The notes: generated by a model not told the origin, from the sequence alone. Shown: positions 36,555 through 49,195, counted from the stretch's first letter. The stretch is DNA of 64,000 bases from Podospora anserina (GCA_017654855.1 CM030334.1:1426001-1490000); one strand, 5' to 3'. Program-made: numbers and translations.

Positions 36555-39140
36555 GCGATCATCAGAACTAGATCGCTAGCATTACACTCCTGGGGAGTTC
36601 CTGTCACGGCGGTAGCGACCTGGGCTCGCTCTTTTGCATCATCATCTCCTTTGTGCCCGCGCTCGAGACGTTTTATCACCCAACACACCCGCTCCACCTT
36701 CAAGACGCCAACGAGACCACGAGAGCATCATGTCCCCGGATTTCTTTTCCCATGGTTATGATTTTCTTCCCACGGTTTACGATTTCTGCATAGCCTCGGT
36801 TGTGGTTTTTTTCGATGGCATCATTTTTGATTTACTCACGTTTTGGACAACTTCAGTGTTCCTCCGATACTCACGACAGCCATAGACGTTGTTTGTGTCT
36901 CTTGAGAGTTGAACATCATTTTGGACAAACAACAACGAAGGAGGAGGAGCTTTACACATCGATATTTTTTATGTTTCTTTTTTTTTTTTTACCTTTGATT
37001 TTATGGCGAACCGGTTCAAACAGTACGGATTATGGTCGGGATATCTCATGCTGAACTTTTTTTGTCACCTTTCGCTCACCTCCACAACTTTTTTGGGGCG
37101 TTCTTTTTTTCCTGCTGTTCGGAGGCTATTTTTGTGTACCGCGCTTTTGCTGGCTTAATATCGCTTGAACCGACACCCCCTCTCCGTTCTTCGACTGAGT
37201 TGATAACACATGGGGAAAGGGAAGAAAACCTGCATTTACCACGAGAGAGAGAGAGGATAACGGCGGATGTCTGAATGATGGATGGGGGAACGTTTTTGGA
37301 TTACCTTATTGATACCGACATATGAGATTGTTTGTGTTTTGAAAAAGAAAAATTGGGAAAGAAACGGGGAGATTGTGGAGGAGATATCATGGTTTGTTTT
37401 GTTATGATGGATGGGATGGGATTTTCTCTAGTACATTTTGTTGAGTTATGTTATCTTTCGACGGGGAGGCAAAGGGGAGTTGGAGGGCTTGATTAACATC
37501 GGCTCTTGGTTCTCCCAGACGGTGAAGGGGTAGGGCATCCGCCAGGAAAGTCGTCGATGTTGATTGACTGACTCTGGCTGGAAGACTGGACCTTGGTACC
37601 GCCGTCGTTCTGTGACCTACCCTGGAGGAGAAGGTCTGTGTACATACGGACGATAAAAAAAACATTAGGAAATTGAGATTATCGGATCTCTGTATTGTTT
37701 CTCTTGCTGCCTGTGCTGTTATCGTTGCCGTGACGCCTGTACTTGTGCCACTATCACCGTCGACACCGTTACCTAACCGACAACGGATCAGAATATCACT
37801 TCTCCAACGCAAACCGACCGTCGATCAAGATCCACAAACGGTAGCAACCCGATCTCCCCGTTTAACAAGATCTACTAAAACCCACACAAGTATCATCACT
37901 TGTCAAACTAAGATGATCCAACCGGAAAAGCTTGATTGACTAGCTAGGGCCCAGGGAACCGGAAGCTGTCGTGTGTTCCATCAGTTCTCACGACAGCATC
38001 ACTTACACACTCAATCTATTGTCTTCCCGTTCAATCATCAAACCCTGGCCAAGAATAAACAGCCGGAAACAAAACCAACCCTGATCTGTAGAGCCCAAGA
38101 ATAGAAACCAACTACCTTCTTCCCCTCGGTTTCAACGGTGCCCAACCCTCTCTCCTCCCCGCCCCCTCGCTGCCTTATTCGTTCGTTCGTCTTACCTCCT
38201 TTAAGAAACCGGTCAAACTCCTGGCTCGGAAAGCTTCCACGTCCGCGCGCTAACAACGGATAGAAAATGGGTTACATGCACGTCATGTTTCGGGTGGTGT
38301 GATGGGAGGTAACGTGGAGATGATCATACTTATCTGGACGAGTGTTATGGATGGGACGGCTGCTTATAAACAAGAATCCTCCACCTCCTTCGAGCACCAT
38401 CCACGTTTTCCTTCTAGCGTCTTCTTGCATGGGCTTCTTCCAAGAATACCATCCCCATTCCTCATCCTTGCTTTGCTGTGCACTGCTTACCATTGAGGAC
38501 GTGAGACTTATTTTTTTTTCTGAGGTGATACGAAAGGACAACGCAATGCCTAGTTGAGCGTTATGGGATAGTACTGTATGAAAAGAGGGGAGGAGAGGGC
38601 TTTGAGTGGCTCGGTGCCCGACCAGATGGGGGGTTCTAGGGGGGGAAGTCTGGCATGTGATTTCAGTCCAGCTTTTCAGCATCGGGCCGGGGATCGGACT
38701 GGAGAGAGTGGACGATATCTGAGGACGGGTTCGGACATCGTGTCTAATCTTCAAAGTCCTCATCATCTACCTTGGTTTGGCTTGTCTAGTTGCAGGTGAG
38801 AGGATCGAGGGGAGCACTCCGTCCGGAACATCTTAACGTGGTATCGCAGTAGGTAGGTAGTTTGAGCTTTAACGTATCATCAACTACTATATTAGTGGTG
38901 GATTTCAAGAAACACAACCGACGCCGAGCCCCTCTTTCTGCCCTGCCTCATCTACCTCGATCAGTTCCTTCCCTCTTCCCTCACCCTCTTCACGCTCCTT
39001 CCCTCACCCCCTTTCAACGCTCCTTCCCCGAACGCACCACTACAACCCAGCGACTTCTCTCCTTCCTCGGTAATCACAGCTCCTTCCTTGCAAACCTTGT
39101 ACCACCTTTCCGAACCACTTCCCAACAACAACATCAATTA

Positions 39141-39214
39141 ACTGCTACTACGGTGGCAGTCCTAACAACCTTGGAGACCCAGGTTCGAATCCTGGTGCGA
39201 GGAAATCTCTTTTT
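39141..39214 (+). ncRNA. tRNA-3'-half-like element with cUACGg hairpin, B box and oligo-T
   Basis: ACTGCTAC-TACG-GTGGCAGT hairpin; perfect T arm CCAGG-TTCGAAT-CCTGG; TGCGAGGA; TTTTT; no clear A box. Confidence 0.5.
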
Positions 39215-40162
39215 CTTTTTGTTCTCATTTGGTCAGTAGCTATCTGTCCTTGCAGACAGAGGTGGACGTGAGAGGAAGGAAGGAATGCTGATTTTTGGGC
39301 CCCTGGAAGTTTCTCGGGATTTGCTGCAGCAGGCGTGAGCTTTTTCTCGCTGGGTGGATATCACTCCTTTTTGAGAACTGTGTGAGATGTGACGGAGGAT
39401 GGTCTGTTCCTTGGTGTTTTCCTGCCTCTTGATATTCGACTTTTATGGTTTTCCCTGGTTGTTTATCCGGTGATTCTGTTGTGTCCTGTGTGCCAAAATT
39501 GTTGGTCAACAACTACCACTCCTTGCCGGCATATGTCCTTGATTTCGCAGCAGTCACCGTTGTCGGTTTGTATGCCCTAAGAGCAACAATGTGCCATGGC
39601 AAATCAATGGCGTTCTCCTGTTCTGGAAAGTCCGGCCTCACACTTCCTCCGCTCAGCTCCCACCTGTCCTTCTGCTCCTTCGCCTCCCCGACTGCCTTCC
39701 CCCGCATGGATCTCTTGTCTAAGAAACCGCCCCCCTCCCCCTCCCTTAATATACCTCCGGACAACATATTAATCTTTTGCTTCTTTGACAACACACGTCG
39801 TGATGTGGGATGTCATCTTTTGCCTGATGTTGTTGGGCACAGTGTACTGTTTTGGACCTATGTGTTCTTGTAATTAGAATATGCTAGCTCAGTACTTGAT
39901 TTTTCTCTACGTGACATCGACCTTGGATCACTCTTCCCTTGCAATGGCATCCATAACGGCAGCCTGATCTTCAAGAGCTCCATGCCTGAACGAGCACGCC
40001 ATCGACACCTTCCCTGATTAACCACCAAAGTGAGCTCCTGCCTGTTTCCTGGGTACTACACCCCCGAGTACCTTCCCCTCTACCGCACACATCCCCGGGC
40101 CTTCCCCAGGATACACCAATCTCCTTTCTGTCTCACCTTCCATCAAAGCAGAACAAAAACCA

Positions 40163-40282
40163 GTCGGTGTGGTGTAGTGGTTAGCATCCCATGATGTAGG
40201 GCCGTTTGAATTAGTTGCTTGCAGCTGTGTTATATTCCTATCCTGCTTCATGGGGGCCCGGGTTCGACTCCTGGCACGGGCA
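40163..40282 (+). ncRNA. tRNA-like element copy 1 (extended anticodon-arm hairpin)
   Basis: GTCGGTG/CACGGGC acceptor with one mismatch; A box TGGTGTAGTGG; CCATGA..TCATGG arm; B box GGTTCGACTCC; TTTT at 40293. Confidence 0.8.
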
Positions 40283-40558
40283 GACATTGAAGTTTTGCTT
40301 CCTTTTGCTTGTGGCTATCTTTGGGTGTATGGGTTAGACCGTGGTTGATGCTTTTTGAGGGAAGAGAGAGGCTTGAAGTTACACACCGTCGTCTGTTGTG
40401 ACTGACTCCATCTTCTTACCCGGCCCCTAGGTAGTTCCGTCTCTCTACACACCCACCCTCACCTCACCACTCTTCCCTCCAGCATCACCTCCCCCTTCCT
40501 CCAATCACATCAACCCATCGGCTTTCCCACTTCCCATCAGAGAGAGATCAAATCGTCA

Positions 40559-40681
40559 GCCTGTGTGGTGTAGTGGTTTTCATTCCATGAGGTAATTTGA
40601 AGCGGGTTGTGGGATTTATCGAGTGTTGGATTACTTAGCTCCCTACCTCATGGGGCTCAGGCTCGATTCCTGGCGCGGGCA
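40559..40681 (+). ncRNA. tRNA-like element copy 2
   Basis: GCCTGTG/CGCGGGC; TGGTGTAGTGG; CCATGAGGTA..TACCTCATGG; GGCTCGATTCC; downstream TTTT. Confidence 0.78.
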
Positions 40682-41165
40682 CAGCAGCAGGAGTTGATCA
40701 TGTTTTGCCGTTCTTGGGTTTTGCTTTTCTTGTTGCTGTTTGAGTATGCCTTTTGGCTTGTGCAATCTTGACATACTGCTACTGGATGGGGGGATGTAAA
40801 GATCGCGGTGGTGGATGTTGCGGAGGAAGTTGAGAGGTGAGGGTGAACTGTACATAGCATTTTTTGGTCAGGTAGGTAGGGGGTGATGACATTCTCGATG
40901 GTGTTTTTCTCGGCGCTTGTGCGGATGGCCGGCTTTGAACAAGCACCCATACAACCTCTCTACATTTACCCCTTCATACCTTTGATGTTCAGAAATCCCC
41001 AACGAGCCACCATCTCAGCCAACTCTCCTGTCCCTCCTCTCCTTCCTCCTACCCCCAGGCTCCTTCCCCTTTTCAACTCTCCCCTCCGTCACCACCCCCT
41101 CCTTCCTCCAGGCAGGGACCTACATCATTCCCATCTCTTACACACTTGCCAACAGAAAACCAAAA

Positions 41166-41332
41166 GCCCGTGTGGTGTAGTGGTTGCATTCCATGAGGTG
41201 GGAATTTATATAGGCGTTCCGGATCAGCGTCCAGCGTCCAGTGTTCGAATTACATGAAACCCATAAAGAAAGAGAAAAAATGATCCAAGCTTCCTATCTC
41301 ATGGGGCCCAGGTTCGACCCCTGGTGCGGGCA
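41166..41332 (+). ncRNA. tRNA-like element copy 3
   Basis: GCCCGTG/TGCGGGC; TGGTGTAGTGG; CCATGAGGTGGGAA..TTCCTATCTCATGG; GGTTCGACCCC; downstream TTTT. Confidence 0.8.
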
Positions 41333-41734
41333 TACTTAGTCGGTCAATCTTTTGCTTTTTGGGGAGTTGATTTTGGTGATGATGTCGAGGGGTTGGATTG
41401 GTGGGGGAAAAGGGGTAAGGAAAGGGGTTGGTGTTGAGATTTACCAATAACAATAACGCAATGAATTCTTAACCAATCCAAAATAAAAAGACATTTTTTA
41501 GGGCAAAGTACGGTGCCTGGAAGTTGTTTTCGTGAAGATTGAATAGGCACCTAACGTTGGTACAAATGGTAGTTGGCGTTGATGTAGTGAGGTACTTTTC
41601 CAGCTATAATTCCAGTCACCTGAATTTCAAGTGTTGTATATATATCAATTGAAAGAGATTATGCGGTATTTCAAGCTATACGTTACAAGGTTACCTGGGT
41701 GGGAATGTTTGGGGTTGGTAAGTTCCGTACATAT

Positions 41735-43620
41735 CTAGTGTACTCTCCCTTCCCTCACGTCACGGTCTGAACGGCCGGTAAGACTATTATGTGCCTCTGT
41801 AAGCGTCATTATGAGTGATTCAAGCCCTGTGATGGATGATGTTTCCTCCCATTTAATCGCGCATGGATTGCTCTTCAGATAGTCCAACTCTTGCTCCAGA
41901 ATTATGACACCACCGGGTGGATGAGATGCGATGTCCCAATGACCGTATTCGAGTGCCATTCCCAGTGGCGATTGAAACGAGCCACCGTCTCCGAACACCC
42001 AGAGAGTCAGGTTCAACCTGCGCGAAGCCACAGCTTCATGTTTGATGAATAGTTTCAACAACTTCCGTATGCGAGTTGTAGACAGCGAGAGCAGGCGGGG
42101 TATAGGTTAACCCTTTGTGAGCTACGTCTTGAAGGACGGCCCCCGGTACTGATGCCGAATGTAGGTCAGTTTCGACCTGGCTCAAAAGTTTCTGAACAGT
42201 TTCGAGGTGACCCAAGGCAGCAGCCGCACCTAAAGGAGTCCAGCTTGAGCTGTACTTAGGATCATCAACTTGAATGTTTGGATTCGTTTCGTGTGCTTGA
42301 TAGAGTGCCTGGGCAAAACCTCATTGTCGCTACCTCGCTCTTTAATTGACTCGGTGAGATCTGGAAACCCCCCTGCAGCTACCCATTCGAGTGCGCTGCT
42401 TGCTGGAACAGGGGAATCCAACTCATGATCTTTGAGCATCTGAGTTATAGCATCGTACAGAAGGGAAAGTGACCTCCAAAACTCTGTGGCTGGAAAATAA
42501 TATCGAGACATGGACTCGAGAGCGAAGAATCTAGGATCAAGAATTGCGCGCAGAGCTTCCCAGTGCTTCCCGTCAACCAGGATCTGTAAAGGCGATATGC
42601 CATCTGCACCTCGTATCATCACAGCATGCATAAGTGGTTGAGCTGGGGAATCCTTGCCGGTGAATGTCGAATCTATAAACGTGTAAGAAAAACTTGGTAT
42701 TTCCCTTCCGCCCAGCGACATGGAGGGCAGTATTCCTGGGTTGATGTTCAGTGGACGGTAGTAGTAGAAGGCTGAACCATTCGTGTGGGAAGGCAAAACT
42801 CCCAATACGCGGCGTTGTCCAACCTTAAGGCGCCGGCAAGGTCAGGAGACATCCTGTACCAGTGATCCTCGTGCTCTTTGTTAGGTTCCCAGATAATTAT
42901 CCCATCAAGTGCTGCTCGGCACGTCAGATCGAACCATCCTCTCAGCACTGCCTCAGGCACCTGGCCAACCACGTGTCCAACCGTGAACTTGGACTCATAC
43001 ATGGGCGCCATGTTGTATGCCCTCTTGTTTCTTGCCTCGTAATTGTTGTCAATCCAGGCTCGAACTACAAGCATGGCCGTATTGGGGACCTCCATAAGAA
43101 TCCAATAGAGAGGCAGGGCTCGCTCAAGCCGAGCTGCCGTTGTATCTGCTCCGGAAGCAAGAAGAATTCTGGTAGTATCTTGATCCCTCATCAGAAAAGC
43201 CCATGACAACGCGGTACACCCGTATTTGTCCTTGTCATTTATGGTAGTTTTGGCTTCTTCATACGCCAATAACGTGGTGACCACATGACGTCGGTTTAGA
43301 TGTCGGACCGTCCATGGAATCATCAAGTGCAGCCCGTCCAGACTTGTCTTTGGCAGTAATGTTGATGCCACCGTTGCACAAGGTCTCCACTACTTCCACA
43401 GATCAAGATAGCGCTGCCAGATGTAGAGCTGTCTTCCCATGATTGTCAACCAGGTTGATGGACAATCCCCGTTGCTCCAGAAGCAATTTGACAACTCTCT
43501 CGTGTGGGAATTAAATGCAGCCACATGAGTGGCGGCCATTTCCGTCTGGTCTTTGCTGTTGATGTCGGTGTGTTCAAGGTCCTTCATGACTTGTTCGACA
43601 TTGCCGTCGGCGGCTGAAGT
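41735..43620 (-). pseudogene. Decayed ankyrin-repeat protein gene
   Basis: Ankyrin motifs spread over frames: AADGNVEQV..DINSKD, VVKLLLE..INLVDNHGKTALHLAALS*SVEVVETL, INDKDKYGCTALSWA, AAAALGHLETVQKLL; frameshifts and an in-frame stop; ends approximate. Confidence 0.75.
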
Positions 43621-44205
43621 CTGCAAACTCTTTTTGGCCCTTTTCGGCACTCTGGGTAATCTGTAACGTGCGATAATGGGAGAGGATTTGAACGAGGCTG
43701 GGAGAATGGGCATGGTGCTCGACGTTTGTGTAATACCTAAGATAGGCAAGTGCCAGGTAGCCAAGAGTGAATCCCTACCTTTTTTATCGAACAGTCTGGA
43801 AGAATGGGAGTAATGATAATGTCTGGCGAGTATACTAACTTGAGGGCGAGACAGGGAGACATCGAGGACGATAAGTAGGTGCTCTGTCAGATAGGTAGAA
43901 GGTGGTTGAGCTAGTACTAACGGGCTTGGCCCTCAACCACCAAGCCACATCGATTGTTGGGCATCAATCATTCTTACGCCAGCCGCTCATGCATGATAGG
44001 CCCTCTCGAAGTATGAGACTTCGATCAGGCTAGAATATTATCGGAATCACGGCTGAATAGCTACCTATCCAGCTGGGCACAGCCATCTCTCCCCCATCAC
44101 CCATGCTGATCCGCCTTTCGAGCCAAACTGGTTGAATGATCTATACACAGAGCCTGCGTTTGGAGCATCATCGTATCTTTGCCCAATACTACCCTCTCGC
44201 GAATA

Positions 44206-45483
44206 ATGGAACAGGTCAGTTGGCAACCAAATTCTAACCGCCGCGGAGCATTCGACATCATTCAGAGCTGTGCCATCACAGTCTTCGCCTGTACCTGGAC
44301 TGTTCAACATCTACATGTCCCTGGACATAACGTATGGTGGCGTCATCATTAGAGAGCTCACAAGCTTTCGAGACTGCCTCGGACGCTTCTCAAAATGACA
44401 CGAGAACTTTCACGCCTGTACTCGGCAGCCACCTGGCGCACAATCTTGATCAATTCGAAAAACTTCAGGTCAGCAAGGATGATATTAAAGACAAGGGCAA
44501 GTCGGACAACTTTGCCAAGGCGGTTGCCATGCTGCAGGTTCTGCAACTTGTACTCACTCTTATTGCGCGCCATTTTCGGGAGCTCCCATTTGCGCAGCTG
44601 GAAACACTGACCCTGGCGATTGCTATCTGTGGTGTTGGCACTTGGATCGCGTATTGGTGCAAACCTAGGGCTGTCTCAGTACCTATCAAGCTTGAACTTC
44701 GCCCAGCCTCAGACGATGAGGGGGCAGTTAGAAGTCTAGAGGGACCTTCCAGGGGAAATGAATCGGGGAGAGAGAATGCTGTCCAGAAGAAGCATGTGGA
44801 TTCCGGTATCAAGTCGAGAGGGGGGCCTTCTGGTACGTGGAATGGCGTACAGGTCAACGGGGATCAACAGGATTCCACCGAGGACCAAATTAGGGACGAC
44901 ACAACCCGTGAATCGAAGCAGGAGACTGGCTATCCCGAGTTTGGTCCGGACGAAAAGGTGTTTGAAAGCTTTTGGGGTGTTCTGACCGGTATTCGGGAGG
45001 AGAGAACTAGGGGGTTGCCTGAGCGAGTGCCAAATGACAGCGTGCCAGCCCGCTCGTTAGCTGTTGGGGAAACATACAGTCTTACAAACGTCTTGGATTT
45101 TACTTCAGGCCGTGTTTGGTAGCTTGCTTCTGCCCTGGTAAAGACGAGAGTACCACGGTCCGCGACTTGAGGCTTGAAACAATCCCCAATTATATTCAGA
45201 TCATGGCCAAATTTCAGGAGGGAAATTCGACCTCAATACGCGCTACAGTTCGAAACCCTTGCGGATCTTGTGAAAGGTAAGGGAACAAGGAAAATGGTCG
45301 AGAAAGCAGCCAGGACCAATGTCTACCCTAGAAATATGATGCACGGTGCGGTTAACCTATCTATTTTTATTTTATTTCACTGCTATTGTTTACTGCGTTG
45401 CACGGTTGGTGGTTGTTGGTGTAGGGTTGTCAAGCTTGCGATCTATGCCGGATGGCGTCTATGTGACAACTTGGACAAAGTAA
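44206..45483 (+). pseudogene. Decayed member of a widespread fungal multi-TM hypothetical protein family
   Basis: Three pieces in different frames: WQPNSNRRGAFDIIQSCAITVFACTWTVQHL (stop ~44350), DIKDKGKSDNFAKAVAMLQ..LETLTLA..YWCKP, and YCVARL..SLRSMPDGVYVTTW. Confidence 0.7.
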
Positions 45484-46696
45484 ATTTCCTCAACCTTTTA
45501 GATGAATGACTTGGGCTTTAGAGAAGGAAAAAGGTGACTCGAAGGGTCGAGTGTGGGTGTATAGAGCATGGAACTCTTTTTTCTGTTTCTGCTCGGTTCA
45601 GGTAGATGAGCTTTTAGCCAATACTTCAACTCCGGTCAAACAATAGAATACTGCTATTCGGGGCCAGTTGAACCTTGTTCGCCCTACTTATCCAAGCTGA
45701 TGGACTATTCTATGACCTCGTGCAAGTGCCAAATGGTACACTATACTCTATAGAGATTTGGTATTTCTGAAGATAAACCACCAGTCCTTGTAGAACTGCG
45801 AATAGGATAGCAACAACTCAATATCCAACACCACCATAATTCTCTTATTTCGCCGACATTGCTCATAACGACAAATCCCACAACAAAGAACCATGAGCTT
45901 CTCTTTAGATACTGGTCTAATTGAGACATAGATAGGTCATTACCATACCCAGCATCCCCAAACTCACCCTAAGAACCTATTCATACTTCCCAGTACCTCT
46001 AGAATATCTTCCGGCATTTTCTATTTGTTTCCTACCCCCCGTCAAATTCTGTTCCTCCTTCTCGCCCCCTCCTTCTCCCCTACTATCAACGCTTCTTTCT
46101 TCTCCACTCCCCCCATTCTACAGCTGGTTCGCCAGATATATACCCCCCTCCTCCCATCCCCGTTTTGATAAGAAGAAAACAGGCATAACTTCCACATAAT
46201 GTAATGGTCTGATATCTCAGGGGTTTCCCCAACAACTTCTGATCTCTGTCAGACCCAAGTTCCTGGCGTGAATCACACAATTGCTCCTGGCACTCTCTCT
46301 TTTGACTGCTATTGCTACCAGCACTGGTCTGTTGACACGTCAATTGCAGGCACTCTTCACTCCATCCGCAAAAATAACCTCAGGACGGGAGCGCGAGAGA
46401 GAGATATTGTCCAACACTACATCTAACCCCCACCACAGTCCCAGCACTACTTAGATCCGGCTAACCACCCCCACAGCGTGACGCTCAACAAAGCACATAT
46501 AAAAGTAGAATCTCAATATTTTCCCATGACCCCCCTTCAAACGCCAGCCTACCTGCCTACCTAACTAACTCGTAGGAACCAAAAGCTCCGAAACGGATAC
46601 ACTGACTGCTGTAGTTGAATAAGTCCCCACCTATCAATACACCTCTCCTCTTCCCTCCCCTTTAACTCCCTCCCCATACCACACCATTTCTCTTCT

Positions 46697-46975
46697 TCAA
46701 GAGATAAAACACAAACACCCCAACCCCAAATAAAACACCGCCAACGGATACACCGCCAACCCAACCCGATTCTTCACCACCCCGCTACCCCCCAGAATAC
46801 TCACCCCCGCCGCCAAACTCCACCCAACCAACACCAAATAAACCGGAATCCTCGCAATCCAAATCAGACTCACAGCCGACAGCAACGCGGCAATGACGAG
46901 CGGAAAGAGGGTATACCCAATGATACAGACACTCTGCGCAAAAGATCTGTTCTCATGTCAGCCATCCCCCCTCTC

Positions 46976-47013
<38 letters not shown>

Positions 47014-47789
47014 CCCCAAAAAGAGCAGTACTCACATATTCCCCCCCAACAACCTTATCTGGACCGTAACAACCCCCATCCCAACCCAAACCATAGCGAA
47101 AACCCCACTAAACACCACCTCCCTCTGCTGCTCCCTACTCTTCAAGCTCAGCAGCGTCGACAGCAAAAGACAAAACACCAACGGCCCCCACAAATCCCAA
47201 TCCCTCAGCCCGCTGCTCATGTGGTTGTTGCTCAGCAAGCTATCCGCGTCCATCGCCCTTGACGCTAAACCAACAATTTCCTCCCTTGCCTGGGCCAACC
47301 GCAAGTTTCTGACGTCCGAAATCGAGGACATGGACCCGCCAAAGAGGTACTTTGGGTACAGGACTTCTTTCAGCTTGGACCAGATGGCGGAGAGATCCCT
47401 AAGGAGGGTGGCGGAGACGGGCTCGTCGATTGTGTTTAGGGGTGCGGCGCGGTCTTCACCTGATAAACCCCAGCGGGAGGAGAGGGCTGTGGCGGTTTGG
47501 GAGGCGGAGGTGATGCTGCCTTGGGGGAGGGGGCGGGAGGTAGAGGAAGAGGGGGCTAGGGGGTCGTCGAAGGAGTTGAGGTCCGCTGTACGAAGAGAAG
47601 GAAAACAAAAAGAGGTTAGTAATGAGAGGGGGGAAAGGGGGGAAAGGGGGGAAAGGGGGGAAAGGGGGGAAAGGGAGAGGAAGGGGGGTTACCATCATCG
47701 GGATCGATTAAATCGTGGATATCCTCGTCGTTGTTCTCGAGGTCGACTTGGGGGGTGGATTGGTAGTGGCTTCTGTTCGGGGCCGCCAT
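46697..47789 (-). CDS. YIP4: Yip1-domain protein (Yip4/YIPF6-like), 3 exons
   Basis: ATG 47789; NTIDEPVSATLLRDLSAIWSKLKEVLYP; LRDWDLWGPLVFCLLLS; SFAQSVCIIGYTLFPL; LAVYPL. Confidence 0.85.
46976..47014. repeat. (AAC)n microsatellite in YIP4 intron
   Basis: Read directly. Confidence 0.9.
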
Positions 47790-49195
47790 TGTGTCTCTTC
47801 TTGTGTGCCGTTGACCTCCTGCTTTTGACCCGTTTGGTTATTGCTGTATTATTGCCGTCGTTTATATTTCCCAACGCTCGAGGTGTTCATGCGCGACCAG
47901 TTTGTTTCGCTATTCAAAGCCAATGCCGTCGTTGTAAAGCAGCGCCGCGCAACTCTCTCAAACAGAACTGACGGTTGCCAGAGACCACCTAGCGGCCAGA
48001 TTGCCGGGCCAAGCAAAAAGCCAGGTACCGGGGTACCTCAGCTGTTAGTCCATTGTGGGGCAACCCAACTCCAAAGCCAGGCAGGGGGGAGCTTGGGCCC
48101 CTTTTTTTCTCTTTGGTTCTCCAACTTTTTGGGTGTCTTGACCCACCTGCCTTTTCTGGGTTCTGGGGGTCATTAGTCTTGATGGTGATTCCATTCATTG
48201 TTGACGAAACGGCAGCTTGCGTTCAGGATGGGGGTCATGTGGTTTGTTTTTTTCTTCATTTATCATCAGCAATATCTCCCACTCACCTCCGGAACCTTGA
48301 GGACCAGGTTGGTAGGTAAATGAAACTTGTATATCCAGCATCGATTCTGCACCTCCCCATATTCACCCTCTATATATCGATCATGCCTTTCCCCTTCCGC
48401 CCTTCGCCTTCGACGGACACTGTGATGAATAAATTTTTTTTCTCCCGAGACCGAACCCCCCGACCGACCGGGATATCTCCCATCAAAGGATAAAAAGCTA
48501 AGCTGCTGTGTCCCGCTAGTTGAAAAAGAGCGAATAAATGCTTGTGACACACGATCGGAGGGATCGTGATTAACGAGAGGGCCCAGTTTCTCTCTCTCTC
48601 TCTCTCTCTCTGTGAAGGGATCCCTTGGTGTGACCATTCCCTCCCTCTCTGCCCCCTCTGTTCACGGAGCACGGCGTAGATGGGGTGACTATCAAGTCTC
48701 GGGGAGAATATACATTTACAGAAACCCACGGCATCATTCCCTCTCTCCCTCCACTATACTCATGAACATATCCCTCTATTCCTGCAGCTACCCATCACCT
48801 CAACCACACAATTGTATAAACTTTTGTTAATTTCCATAAGTAGTATTAATTACTAAATAACAAAATGCCCCCTCCTCATCCCCACTATCTCCATCCGCCT
48901 TCCATAAATCCAAAAGGGTATCATCTCTCTTCCCAAAACCTACAGAACCCAGAGCGTGAAACGAAAAAGTATTAGAGTGATTGGTTGTTTTATCTGTATC
49001 AGTTCCCCATGCCTTATGCAGTTGTTTTTTTTGATATGTGGTGAAAATAGCTGAACTAAACAATGCCATTAATATGTGAATAAAAATCTCCCCATTCGTC
49101 TCGACCAAATTTTTCGTCTTGTGTAAAAAATGCGGCATGTGATACATGACTGGTGAAATCCAAAACCAGCCGAAACACCTTCATGATGAGAAAAA

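Noticed and set aside
40163-41332. Calling the three units standard tRNA-Tyr/His/Leu genes or a CRISPR-like array
   Set aside because: No canonical anticodon loop or consistent anticodon; units are degenerate, irregularly spaced and in a eukaryote with no cas genes
41400-46400. Transposon or RIP relic in the more AT-rich block
   Set aside because: No transposase or RT motifs, terminal repeats or extreme TpA enrichment visible by eye
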